Below are positions 16,475 through 23,798 of a stretch of 24,741 bases of DNA, one piece after another. Source of the stretch: a virus (lineage: Duplodnaviria > Caudoviricetes); the IMG/VR virus record IMGVR_UViG_3300027734_000299, positions 1 to 24,741 of that record, one strand, 5' to 3'. Below the pieces are notes generated by a model, which was not told the DNA's origin, ran no database searches, and worked only from the letters and a program-made list of their open reading frames with translations. The translations under genes and the position numbers were made by a program. Position 1 is the first letter of the stretch. Each line of letters opens with the position of its first letter.

Positions 16475-19400
16475 ATGGCTGGAAATGCTTACTTAAAAGG
16501 ACTTGATCCTAGCATTGGTGAAGAAGCTAATATGCAAGCTTACTTAGATGGTTTAGGTAAGGCTGAGGGTGCTGACTATGATACTATTGTTGGTGGTAAG
16601 AAGTTTACTGATTACTCTAAACATCCTAATATAGTAGGTGTTACTACTAAGGAAGGCCCAAGCACGGCTGCTGGTAAGTATCAAATTACTAAAACAACTT
16701 ATGATCAGTATGCTCCTAAACTAGGCATAACTGATTTTTCTCCTACTTCGCAAGATGCAATTGCAAAAGCAATTCTTAAAGCTAAAGATGCTGAAGGAGA
16801 TGTTATTAAAGGAGACTTTGAAACAGCTCATAATAAACTAGGATCTGTTTGGGCAAGTCTTCCATCAAGCACCTATTCACAACCTAAGAGATCCACTAAG
16901 TGGGTTCAGGAAAATATAAAACCTATTACACAAGCAGACATGCTAGATGTGACAGCTAATATAGCACAACCTGAACAGGTGTCTTATCGGCTCGGTTCTA
17001 ATGACAATCCTTATGCTAGGGGTCTTGACTTACCGACTGAAACAGAAGTATCAGTAGAAAATAATCCTTATCGTAAAGGTATAGCTAAAGATAATCCTTA
17101 TATGAAGGGATTAGATTTAAGTGAACCTATCTCTGCTACTAAATCATTTGGTAAGTCGTTCTTAGGCAGTGCGTCTAAAGCTATTGCTGCTTCTCCTGGT
17201 ATGGCTATTGGTGCAACAGGTGGCTTTGAGCTTGGTGCTTTAACAGGCCCTGCTGCTCCTATTATGTCTCCTGTATTAGGACTTGTAGGTGGTGTAGGTG
17301 GATATTTAGCAGGTGAAAAAGCTGTTAGTGCAGCTTATGATAAGTTTGTACCTGAGTCTGTTAAAAAATATATAGGTTATGATAAAGCTACTCGTGAAGC
17401 TGAGATGGCTGCTAACCCTGAATCATCTTATGCTGGTGAACTAACAGGTAATGTTGCACTATTTAGACCTGGATCATTAGCTAACATTACTCTTCCTGGT
17501 GGTAAAGTAATAACTCCTCTTGCTCAACGAGCTACATTAGGTGGTGTCTCTGGTGGTATTGAAGCTGGTTCTGAGGCATTATCTGGTGGTGAATTAAATC
17601 CTCAACGTATTGCAGAAGCTACTGCATTTGGTGCTATTGCGGCTAAACCTACAGCTATTACTCGTCATGCTGACAAGTTAGCTTCTAATCTTATCTCTAG
17701 AATTCCTGGAACTTCTGCTTATGAAACTAGATTATCACAAGGACTTGAAACTGATCGTACTATTAATGGTACGCAAGAACGTACGACTACTCAAGAACGT
17801 GCTGCTCCTGAACAACGAGATTTATTCCAAGAAGAATTAACTCAAGCTCAAGAGATGCAAAACAGGGGTCAAGTATTTGAACCTGGAGCTACTAGAACTA
17901 CACCTACAGATGCTGTAATTCGATCAGAACAAGACATTGATCTTGCTAAGATGGAAGCTAAACAAACTCGTTCTAGACTTGAAGAAGAGATTCCTGATGC
18001 TCGTAATCGTGAACAAATTACTATGTCTATTGAAGGACAGAAACGTCAAGATAGATTATTAAGTGACAGACAAAAAGCAGAAGAGCTTCGTATTTTAAGG
18101 TCAAGTATTGCTAAAAAAGAAAACTTAGCAAGAGGTATGGAAAGAGATCCTCTTAATGTTGTCTTACAAGATTTTAGAAATAGGGATGCTTATAACAATC
18201 TTAGAAACAAAGAAGGTTTTCCTAGAGATGGTACTCAAGCAGAACAATTAGCTTTCTTACGTAATGATATAGAGAATACTATATATGGTCATAACTCTTT
18301 AAGAGATCGTCCTTCTGATGAACCATCATTTGGTGTAAGGGATTATATTGTTAGTGAGTTTAGACGTTTAGGTGAACGTGCTAGAAGTGAAGGTTTATTC
18401 CCACAATTACGTAGGGATTATGTAACTCATGCTTTAGACTTTACTGACTCTGTTTTAAATAGAGAACAACAACGAGCTTTATCTGACTATTTATTTGCTA
18501 ATACTAATGAGTCTAGGTTTGTTAGAGACTTTACACAAGCTCGTCAATTTAGGTACCTTCGTGATCTTGAGAATGCTTTACGTCAAGCAGGAGATGAGCT
18601 TGGTATAAATACTCGTGGTATTAAAGTACAACGAGACATAGCTAAGGTTATGGAAATCTATAAGAATGCTATGGGTAGAGCTATTGTAGAGAAACGATTA
18701 GCTAACTACTTACTTAAAACTAAAATAGATGGTTCTCCTATCTCTGGGCAAGTAGGGGAACTTCCTATTGTAACTAATAACATAGAACAAGGTTTTAGAA
18801 ATAACTATGTTAAGTTTACAGGTCAAGGTTCTGATATCCTGCAAGATTTTATGGTACATCCTGACTTTAAAGATATTTTAGGGCATGTCTTTAGACAAGA
18901 TAATCCAAATGCTATGCTTGAAGCATTTAAATCTGTATCTATGTTATCTAAGTTTTTAAATACTGCAGGTTCATTATTCCATGCTACATCATTAGCAGTA
19001 GCACAAGCTACCGCAGCTCCAGGATTATTCTTAAAAGAAGTAATGACTGGTGGTAGTGGTATTCGTGCAGCTTTAAAAGACCTAGAACATAGAGGTGTTG
19101 GAGCACAGGGTCAATTACTTATTAAAGGTGGTTTAAAGGTAGCTACAGAGGACGTACAGCGTACTATTATAGGTGATGCTGCAGGTACAGCAGACAAGTT
19201 AATTGGTGATCATCTTGTTGGTGGAAGAAATGTAAAAGTTCTTAGACAAATGAGTGATCCTTTAGAGAATCATTTCCTTAATCATATGAATAGATTTACA
19301 TGGGATTACATGCATGCTGGTGGTAAATTAAATTTAGCACAGCATTTCTTTACACAAATTAAATCTAAACATCCTGAGATACCTGATGATCAAATTGCTT

Positions 19401-20230
19401 CTGAAGTAGCTAGCTTTGTTAACAATACATTAGGTGGTTTAAATTGGTTACAAGTAGCTAATGAAGTAGAAAACAAATTTCTTAAAGCTTTTGCAATTAA
19501 AGCTATGAAGTTACAGAACAGAGATTGGGCACAGATTGTATTGTTTGCTCCTGACTGGACTGTATCTACATTAAGATCATTTACTAAGGCATTGCCTAAA
19601 GAATTAATGAAACCACAAAATTGGGAGTTAAGAGCTGGTGTTAAAGGTCTTATTGATCCTACAAATAGTAGTGACTTAGCACGTAGATATGTATTAACTA
19701 CAGGTTTACTATGGTTAACTATTCTTAATGGCTTTAATATGGCATTTACAGGTAGACCTATTTGGACTAACAAAGATCCTACTCGTGTAGATTTAGGTGA
19801 TGGCACAGCTATGCAGATGGCTAAACATTCTATGGAAGCATTTCACTGGTTACTAGATCCTGAAAAGACATTAGGTAATAAGTTAGGCTTTATACCTAAG
19901 GGAATTATTACTATGACTACAGGTAAAGCATACCCAAGTCCTAAGGCACCTATGGTTAAAGATAATACAACTCTTGGACGTTTGGTTCATTCAGGTAAGG
20001 CTGCTCTACCATTCCAAATTAGTGCCGCTGCTTCCGCTCCTCCAGGAGAAGGTGGTAAACGTGCACTAGCAAGTTTCTTGGGTGTACCTATCTATGGTCA
20101 GACAGATAAAGCTAACTCTACTGCTGAAGTATTAGCAGAACGTAAGGCTCAAAGTAAAGAAACTAGAATTAAAAATAGACTTGATAAACTAGAACAGCAA
20201 TATGAGGAATCAAAATGGCAACAGGATTAG
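16475..20230 (+). CDS. Large DNA ejection protein with N-terminal lambda-R-type muramidase domain
   Basis: 1251 aa. AEG..YD..VGG..F.DYS.HP, STAAGKYQ, DFSP.SQD, WASLP.S.Y.Q lambda-lysozyme motifs at about 16529-16920; Gly/Ala membrane-like segment; helical C-terminus. Confidence 0.8.
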   Translation: MAGNAYLKGLDPSIGEEANMQAYLDGLGKAEGADYDTIVGGKKFTDYSKHPNIVGVTTKEGPSTAAGKYQITKTTYDQYAPKLGITDFSPTSQDAIAKAILKAKDAEGDVIKGDFETAHNKLGSVWASLPSSTYSQPKRSTKWVQENIKPITQADMLDVTANIAQPEQVSYRLGSNDNPYARGLDLPTETEVSVENNPYRKGIAKDNPYMKGLDLSEPISATKSFGKSFLGSASKAIAASPGMAIGATGGFELGALTGPAAPIMSPVLGLVGGVGGYLAGEKAVSAAYDKFVPESVKKYIGYDKATREAEMAANPESSYAGELTGNVALFRPGSLANITLPGGKVITPLAQRATLGGVSGGIEAGSEALSGGELNPQRIAEATAFGAIAAKPTAITRHADKLASNLISRIPGTSAYETRLSQGLETDRTINGTQERTTTQERAAPEQRDLFQEELTQAQEMQNRGQVFEPGATRTTPTDAVIRSEQDIDLAKMEAKQTRSRLEEEIPDARNREQITMSIEGQKRQDRLLSDRQKAEELRILRSSIAKKENLARGMERDPLNVVLQDFRNRDAYNNLRNKEGFPRDGTQAEQLAFLRNDIENTIYGHNSLRDRPSDEPSFGVRDYIVSEFRRLGERARSEGLFPQLRRDYVTHALDFTDSVLNREQQRALSDYLFANTNESRFVRDFTQARQFRYLRDLENALRQAGDELGINTRGIKVQRDIAKVMEIYKNAMGRAIVEKRLANYLLKTKIDGSPISGQVGELPIVTNNIEQGFRNNYVKFTGQGSDILQDFMVHPDFKDILGHVFRQDNPNAMLEAFKSVSMLSKFLNTAGSLFHATSLAVAQATAAPGLFLKEVMTGGSGIRAALKDLEHRGVGAQGQLLIKGGLKVATEDVQRTIIGDAAGTADKLIGDHLVGGRNVKVLRQMSDPLENHFLNHMNRFTWDYMHAGGKLNLAQHFFTQIKSKHPEIPDDQIASEVASFVNNTLGGLNWLQVANEVENKFLKAFAIKAMKLQNRDWAQIVLFAPDWTVSTLRSFTKALPKELMKPQNWELRAGVKGLIDPTNSSDLARRYVLTTGLLWLTILNGFNMAFTGRPIWTNKDPTRVDLGDGTAMQMAKHSMEAFHWLLDPEKTLGNKLGFIPKGIITMTTGKAYPSPKAPMVKDNTTLGRLVHSGKAALPFQISAAASAPPGEGGKRALASFLGVPIYGQTDKANSTAEVLAERKAQSKETRIKNRLDKLEQQYEESKWQQD

Positions 20231-20661
20231 TACCAATACCCAATCAACCTATAAGTGAGACACATGAATGGAGAGAATGGTTTTTTAATTTATGGGAATC
20301 TCTTGGTGGTGCTCAAGGTCAAATCTTTTATACAGGTTTAAATTTTACAGGATCTAATTTAAATAGTATTCAAACTAGAGCACATAATATTTTACAAGGA
20401 TTACAAGGTGGTAATATAGGTGCTACTGAGTATTACCATTTAGATGCTACTCAATATGCAACTTTAACTTCACTTTCATTGCCTTTATCTATTGCTAACG
20501 GGGGAACTGGAGCAACTACACAGGCAGGGGCTAGAACTAATTTAGGATTAGGAAGTGGTTTATCTGTAACTATTACTACAGCTGCTTTAACAGCGTTAGG
20601 AACACAGGGTAGTATGACTTTTGTTAATGGTATATTAACTGCACAAACACAGGCGACTTAA
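20215..20661 (+). CDS. Putative tail needle/spike protein
   Basis: PIP...WREWFFNL N-terminus, HNILQGLQGG..EYYHL, LSIANGGTGATT..ARTNLGL, MTFVNGILT fibre motifs; GAGGA SD. Confidence 0.55.
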   Translation: MATGLVPIPNQPISETHEWREWFFNLWESLGGAQGQIFYTGLNFTGSNLNSIQTRAHNILQGLQGGNIGATEYYHLDATQYATLTSLSLPLSIANGGTGATTQAGARTNLGLGSGLSVTITTAALTALGTQGSMTFVNGILTAQTQAT

Positions 20662-20663
20662 TT

Positions 20664-21059
20664 ATGGAAATGAAGCTTAAACGATTTGAATTTGGTAAAA
20701 CATTTACTATTGGTAAATTATATATAGATGGTATATATCAATGTTTTGTGTTAGAAGATGTTATAAGACCTAAAGGAGAGAAAGTAGATGGACAAACAGC
20801 TATACCTAGCGGCACTTATTCTGTTATTATTGATCGTTCTACCAGGTTTAATAAAGATATGCCTCACATCCTAGATGTGCCTAACTTTACTGGTGTTAGA
20901 ATTCATTCAGGTAACTCTTCTAAAAATACAGAAGGGTGTTTATTAGTAGGTACTACTTGGTCAAGTGGTGATTTTATTGGTAACTCTAAGTTAGCTTATG
21001 ATGCTTTATTTAAAAAGCTAGTAGCTACTAATGAAAAGATTACAATTACAATAGAATAA
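20664..21059 (+). CDS. DUF5675-family putative endolysin (His/Cys L,D-transpeptidase-like motif)
   Basis: TIGKLYIDG..CFVLED, TAIPSGTY, GVRIHSGN...TEGCLLVG. Confidence 0.75.
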   Translation: MEMKLKRFEFGKTFTIGKLYIDGIYQCFVLEDVIRPKGEKVDGQTAIPSGTYSVIIDRSTRFNKDMPHILDVPNFTGVRIHSGNSSKNTEGCLLVGTTWSSGDFIGNSKLAYDALFKKLVATNEKITITIE

Positions 21060-21088
21060 AAAAGGGGCCGAAGCCCCTAATATTATTT
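21055..21088 (-). terminator. Intrinsic terminator between convergent operons (possibly bidirectional)
   Basis: Minus strand reads AGGGGC-TTCG-GCCCCT-TTTTATT: cUUCGg tetraloop plus U tract. Confidence 0.9.
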
Positions 21089-21235
21089 AGCGTCCTTTAA
21101 GAAAGCCGCAACTTCATCCCAGTCTTTAAAGATCAAGACTTCGTTAAGCTGTGTCTTTGTTAAAATATCAATCTTAGTACCATTTAAAACATAACCATTG
21201 TTTACTTTGGTAATTTGAACGTTATCAAATTTCAT
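21083..21235 (-). CDS. 50-aa hypothetical protein (not in ORF track)
   Basis: AAGGAG 5 nt upstream; MKFDNVQITKVNNGYVLNGTKIDILTKTQLNEVLIFKDWDEVAAFLKDAK. Confidence 0.75.
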   Translation of the reverse strand: MKFDNVQITKVNNGYVLNGTKIDILTKTQLNEVLIFKDWDEVAAFLKDAK

Positions 21236-21245
21236 ACTATCTCCT

Positions 21246-21383
21246 TTAAAAATTAACTACAACTCTAACTAAAAATAAATCAATCACTAGGTAAATATCT
21301 TCATTCTTAGGATCTACATCTTTACCGCTTACAAGTTCTATTCCAAAAGTACAACCTTGTATTAAATGAAATGTAGCATCCAT
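21246..21383 (-). CDS. 45-aa hypothetical protein (not in ORF track)
   Basis: TAATG coupling with the nrdJ stop, AGGAG SD; MDATFHLIQGCTFGIELVSGKDVDPKNEDIYLVIDLFLVRVVVNF. Confidence 0.65.
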   Translation of the reverse strand: MDATFHLIQGCTFGIELVSGKDVDPKNEDIYLVIDLFLVRVVVNF

Positions 21384-23269
21384 TATTGCACTCCTACAAT
21401 CTCACAAGCACCCGCAGTACAACTAAGCTCTTGGGTGCCTGTGGTTGTATCTTCTTCCTCTTTTAAGTTACCCCAATCAATCAATGGGAAACTTGCTACA
21501 AAGGCATCATACTCTTCCTTTGTTATTTCTTGATAAGGTGCTTGTTTATACACGTGATCGGAGTGCGGCAGAAGCGATACTCCTGATACATCACTGAAAT
21601 TATTGTATATCCAATCGCCTATCGTCAAGAACTCGTTATCTTTATAGTATACAGTAATAGATGGATTATGTTCTGTCCAGTTCTTTTGATATACACTATA
21701 AAGTTTTAATTGTTCAATTGCATTTGTTTCATTTCTAGTAACACCAGACTCCGTTCCTTTTTGAGGGAAACTAAATATAGTAATGTCACTAGGTTTAGTT
21801 ACATCAGGTTCATTAGGAACACCTTGTGTTTTAAAGAATAACGTTAACGGATCTTTGTTATCCATACGTACAGTCCTAATATAATATTGACTATATGCAG
21901 GATGAATCCCACTAGAACAACCCACCAACTGACTGACTGTACCACTTGGCTTAACAGTAGTGATAGCAGCAGACACAGGAATACCGAGTCGTTCAGCCCA
22001 CTCTTTATTGATCTTAATCGCATGTTCTCTTAGTTCTGTTAACCATTTAACTGTCTCCTCAGTAGGTTTACTAAGTACAGGATGGTCCATAATACCCGTC
22101 ATGCTTACACCAAGTAAACGTTCTTCTTCTTGATTACGTTTCCAATCACTTCTTAAGTATCTAAAGTTTGTAAGGGTGGATTGAAATGTCCCGATAATTG
22201 TTGCGACCCTAACTTTTTCTTTAAGGTCAGCAAGGGTATCGTTCTCTCTGATGACAACTTCACTGAGATTACAAAGCCCTTTAGATCGCAGGATAATTTC
22301 TCCGCAAGGGTTTGTACCGTACTCAAAGCCATCAACATCTCGTCTTCCGTTAGAGCTTGCTTTTTTTGTAGCTGCAACTCTATTAAATAATCCTCTTTCT
22401 CCACTCTTTGATTCATATAATGTTGTCCATTCCTTTAAGAAAATACCTACATCAGGTTTCTCAGTATAGGCTACAGAGTTATTGGCAAGTGCACGTTGCA
22501 CATCAGATTCCCACCAGGCTCCGTTCTTTGCGTTTCGCATCCTATCGTCGGTGAGGTTTGACAAGCTGATAAGAGCTGACCTACGCACACCGCCAACAAT
22601 AACAATATCAGCAACTTTACATACGATGTCATGGCATTCTAAGCTGTTAAGCTTTCTCCCCGCTGCTTTCTTAAAAGTATGAACCGTAAATTGGAACAGG
22701 TCCTCGAGAGGCTTAGGGCCAGATGCTCGGCCTCCAAAAGTTTTAAGCCTAGCTCCTGCAGGTCTGATTCCTGAAGTGTCCCACTTTGGCACTCGTCCTG
22801 AATAGAGTAAGCTAATGAGTTCGCGGTACGCACTAGCCCAGCCAATTCTTGAATCTTTGACTCTAATTGTTGTATCAGTTTCATGGAACTCCTCTGCAAT
22901 AGTAGGTAGGTTATTAGTAAACTGACGTTCTACACTAAAGCCTACGCCAGTACCACACATTAAAACATACATTACTTCATCAAATGCTTTAGGGGAATCA
23001 ATAGCAATGAAGCTACAATTGTAACCTGCTATTTCATCACGTTCTAATGCAGCACCCGCTGACATTAAACATCTCATACTAGGCATTACATTAAGATCAT
23101 GTATTGCTTTATTTACTTCTTGATCTGGAAAAGTATCTGGAAAACGATTCTTAAAAAAGCTAGTGTATCTGTTTACAGTTTCTTCCCATGTTTCTCTACG
23201 GCTTTCATCAGGCATCCATCTTGCATAACGGCTTGCGTGAATAAAACGTTGATAGTCTGTTAATTGCAT
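21383..23269 (-). CDS. nrdJ: Class II adenosylcobalamin-dependent ribonucleotide reductase (monomeric RTPR-like)
   Basis: RETWEETVNR, PSMR, YNC, GTGVGFS, GGVRRSA, GTNPCGEI, CNLSE, TTVKPSGTVSQL, C-terminal CTAGAC redox pair; no small-subunit gene nearby. Confidence 0.93.
   Translation of the reverse strand: MQLTDYQRFIHASRYARWMPDESRRETWEETVNRYTSFFKNRFPDTFPDQEVNKAIHDLNVMPSMRCLMSAGAALERDEIAGYNCSFIAIDSPKAFDEVMYVLMCGTGVGFSVERQFTNNLPTIAEEFHETDTTIRVKDSRIGWASAYRELISLLYSGRVPKWDTSGIRPAGARLKTFGGRASGPKPLEDLFQFTVHTFKKAAGRKLNSLECHDIVCKVADIVIVGGVRRSALISLSNLTDDRMRNAKNGAWWESDVQRALANNSVAYTEKPDVGIFLKEWTTLYESKSGERGLFNRVAATKKASSNGRRDVDGFEYGTNPCGEIILRSKGLCNLSEVVIRENDTLADLKEKVRVATIIGTFQSTLTNFRYLRSDWKRNQEEERLLGVSMTGIMDHPVLSKPTEETVKWLTELREHAIKINKEWAERLGIPVSAAITTVKPSGTVSQLVGCSSGIHPAYSQYYIRTVRMDNKDPLTLFFKTQGVPNEPDVTKPSDITIFSFPQKGTESGVTRNETNAIEQLKLYSVYQKNWTEHNPSITVYYKDNEFLTIGDWIYNNFSDVSGVSLLPHSDHVYKQAPYQEITKEEYDAFVASFPLIDWGNLKEEEDTTTGTQELSCTAGACEIVGVQ
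21844..22023 (-). CDS. Candidate nested +1-frame ORF D in nrdJ, 59-aa two-TM protein
   Basis: MRLRSIKSGLNDSVFLCLLLSLLLSQVVQSVSWWVVLVGFILHIVNIILGLYVWITKIR; weak SD (AAGAG). Confidence 0.3.
   Translation of the reverse strand: MRLRSIKSGLNDSVFLCLLLSLLLSQVVQSVSWWVVLVGFILHIVNIILGLYVWITKIR
22153..22416 (-). CDS. Candidate nested +1-frame ORF C in nrdJ, 87 aa
   Basis: Track ORF on the same strand as nrdJ, in a stretch of atypical nrdJ codons. Confidence 0.3.
   Translation of the reverse strand: MNQRVEKEDYLIELQLQKKQALTEDEMLMALSTVQTLAEKLSCDLKGFVISVKLSSERTIPLLTLKKKLGSQQLSGHFNPPLQTLDT
22471..22632 (-). CDS. Candidate nested +1-frame ORF B in nrdJ, 53-aa lipoprotein
   Basis: MTSYVKLLILLLLAVCVGQLLSA-CQTSPTIGCETQRTEPGGNLMCNVHLPITL with lipobox LSAC; ATG is 6 nt after the stop of ORF A. 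Confidence 0.45.
   Translation of the reverse strand: MTSYVKLLILLLLAVCVGQLLSACQTSPTIGCETQRTEPGGNLMCNVHLPITL
22639..22884 (-). CDS. Candidate nested +1-frame ORF A in nrdJ, 81-aa coiled-coil protein
   Basis: GAGGAG-TTCC-ATG start (same 4-nt spacing as the exonuclease gene SD); MKLIQQLESKIQELAGLV... Confidence 0.45.
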   Translation of the reverse strand: MKLIQQLESKIQELAGLVRTANSLAYSIQDECQSGTLQESDLQELGLKLLEAEHLALSLSRTCSNLRFILLRKQRGESLTA

Positions 23270-23445
23270 TAGTCTATATCTCCGTCCATGGACAATTGTT
23301 TGTTAAAGAATTCGTATTTGTCTTCAATACGGTCAAAGAAAGCATCAACAAGATCAAAAGAATTGATATTTAAAACTTCTAATAAAGTTATTTCATCAAA
23401 CTCCTCAGCAAGTTTTTCTTTAATCTCTTGCAATGTTAACGTCAT
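23269..23445 (-). CDS. 58-aa acidic hypothetical protein (not in ORF track)
   Basis: MTLTLQEIKEKLAEEFDEITLLEVLNINSFDLVDAFFDRIEDKYEFFNKQLSMDGDID; TAATG-coupled to the nrdJ start and fills the gap exactly. Confidence 0.8.
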   Translation of the reverse strand: MTLTLQEIKEKLAEEFDEITLLEVLNINSFDLVDAFFDRIEDKYEFFNKQLSMDGDID

Positions 23446-23446
23446 T

Positions 23447-23671
23447 TTATGTTTTTAGTTCTTTCAATAGTTCTACATAATGGATAATCTTATTAAGATC
23501 TTCCACTCCACCTTTGTCTTGCCATCGACATATATATTTAATAATGTTTCCTTCAATATAAGGAATATTATTTTTAGTAATAAATTCAACAGGTTGGATT
23601 ACATACTTCTTGTAATGTGTACCTGCCACTTGTTGTTCTATAGCTTTTTCTAATTTAGGAAATTTACTCAT
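23447..23671 (-). CDS. DUF3310 / SaV-like protein (T7 gp1.7-related nucleotide kinase family)
   Basis: QVAGTHYK...QPVEFI...EGNIIKYICRW..KGGVEDL.K..HY motif. Confidence 0.85.
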   Translation of the reverse strand: MSKFPKLEKAIEQQVAGTHYKKYVIQPVEFITKNNIPYIEGNIIKYICRWQDKGGVEDLNKIIHYVELLKELKT

Positions 23672-23677
23672 GCTATT

Positions 23678-23706
23678 ATTATATCATGCCTTTCTGAGAT
23701 TTGCAA
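23678..23706 (-). promoter_or_regulatory. Consensus sigma70 promoter with extended -10
   Basis: Minus strand TTGCAA (23706-23701), 17 nt spacer ending TGA, TATAAT (23683-23678), 6 nt, then ATG of the DUF3310 gene. Confidence 0.8.
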
Positions 23707-23798
23707 GACTTTTTAGAGGGGTTATGATGATAGTAGTTACTACGTTTTTTATCTATGTAGCAAGCCATTGATAGGAATATAATTATTAATACAATCAT
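23679..23798 (-). CDS. Possible 39-aa membrane-anchored peptide (not in ORF track)
   Basis: ATGA overlap with the exonuclease stop; MIVLIIIFLSMACYIDKKRSNYYHHNPSKKSCKSQKGMI. Confidence 0.3.
   Translation of the reverse strand: MIVLIIIFLSMACYIDKKRSNYYHHNPSKKSCKSQKGMI

Noticed and set aside
765-19806. Antisense track ORFs in the + strand operon (765, 1482, 6103, 7161, 8444, 8656, 9432, 11174, 14319, 14625, 15597, 19390)
   Set aside because: They are shadows of well-supported sense genes with biased codon use, and show no recognisable motifs.
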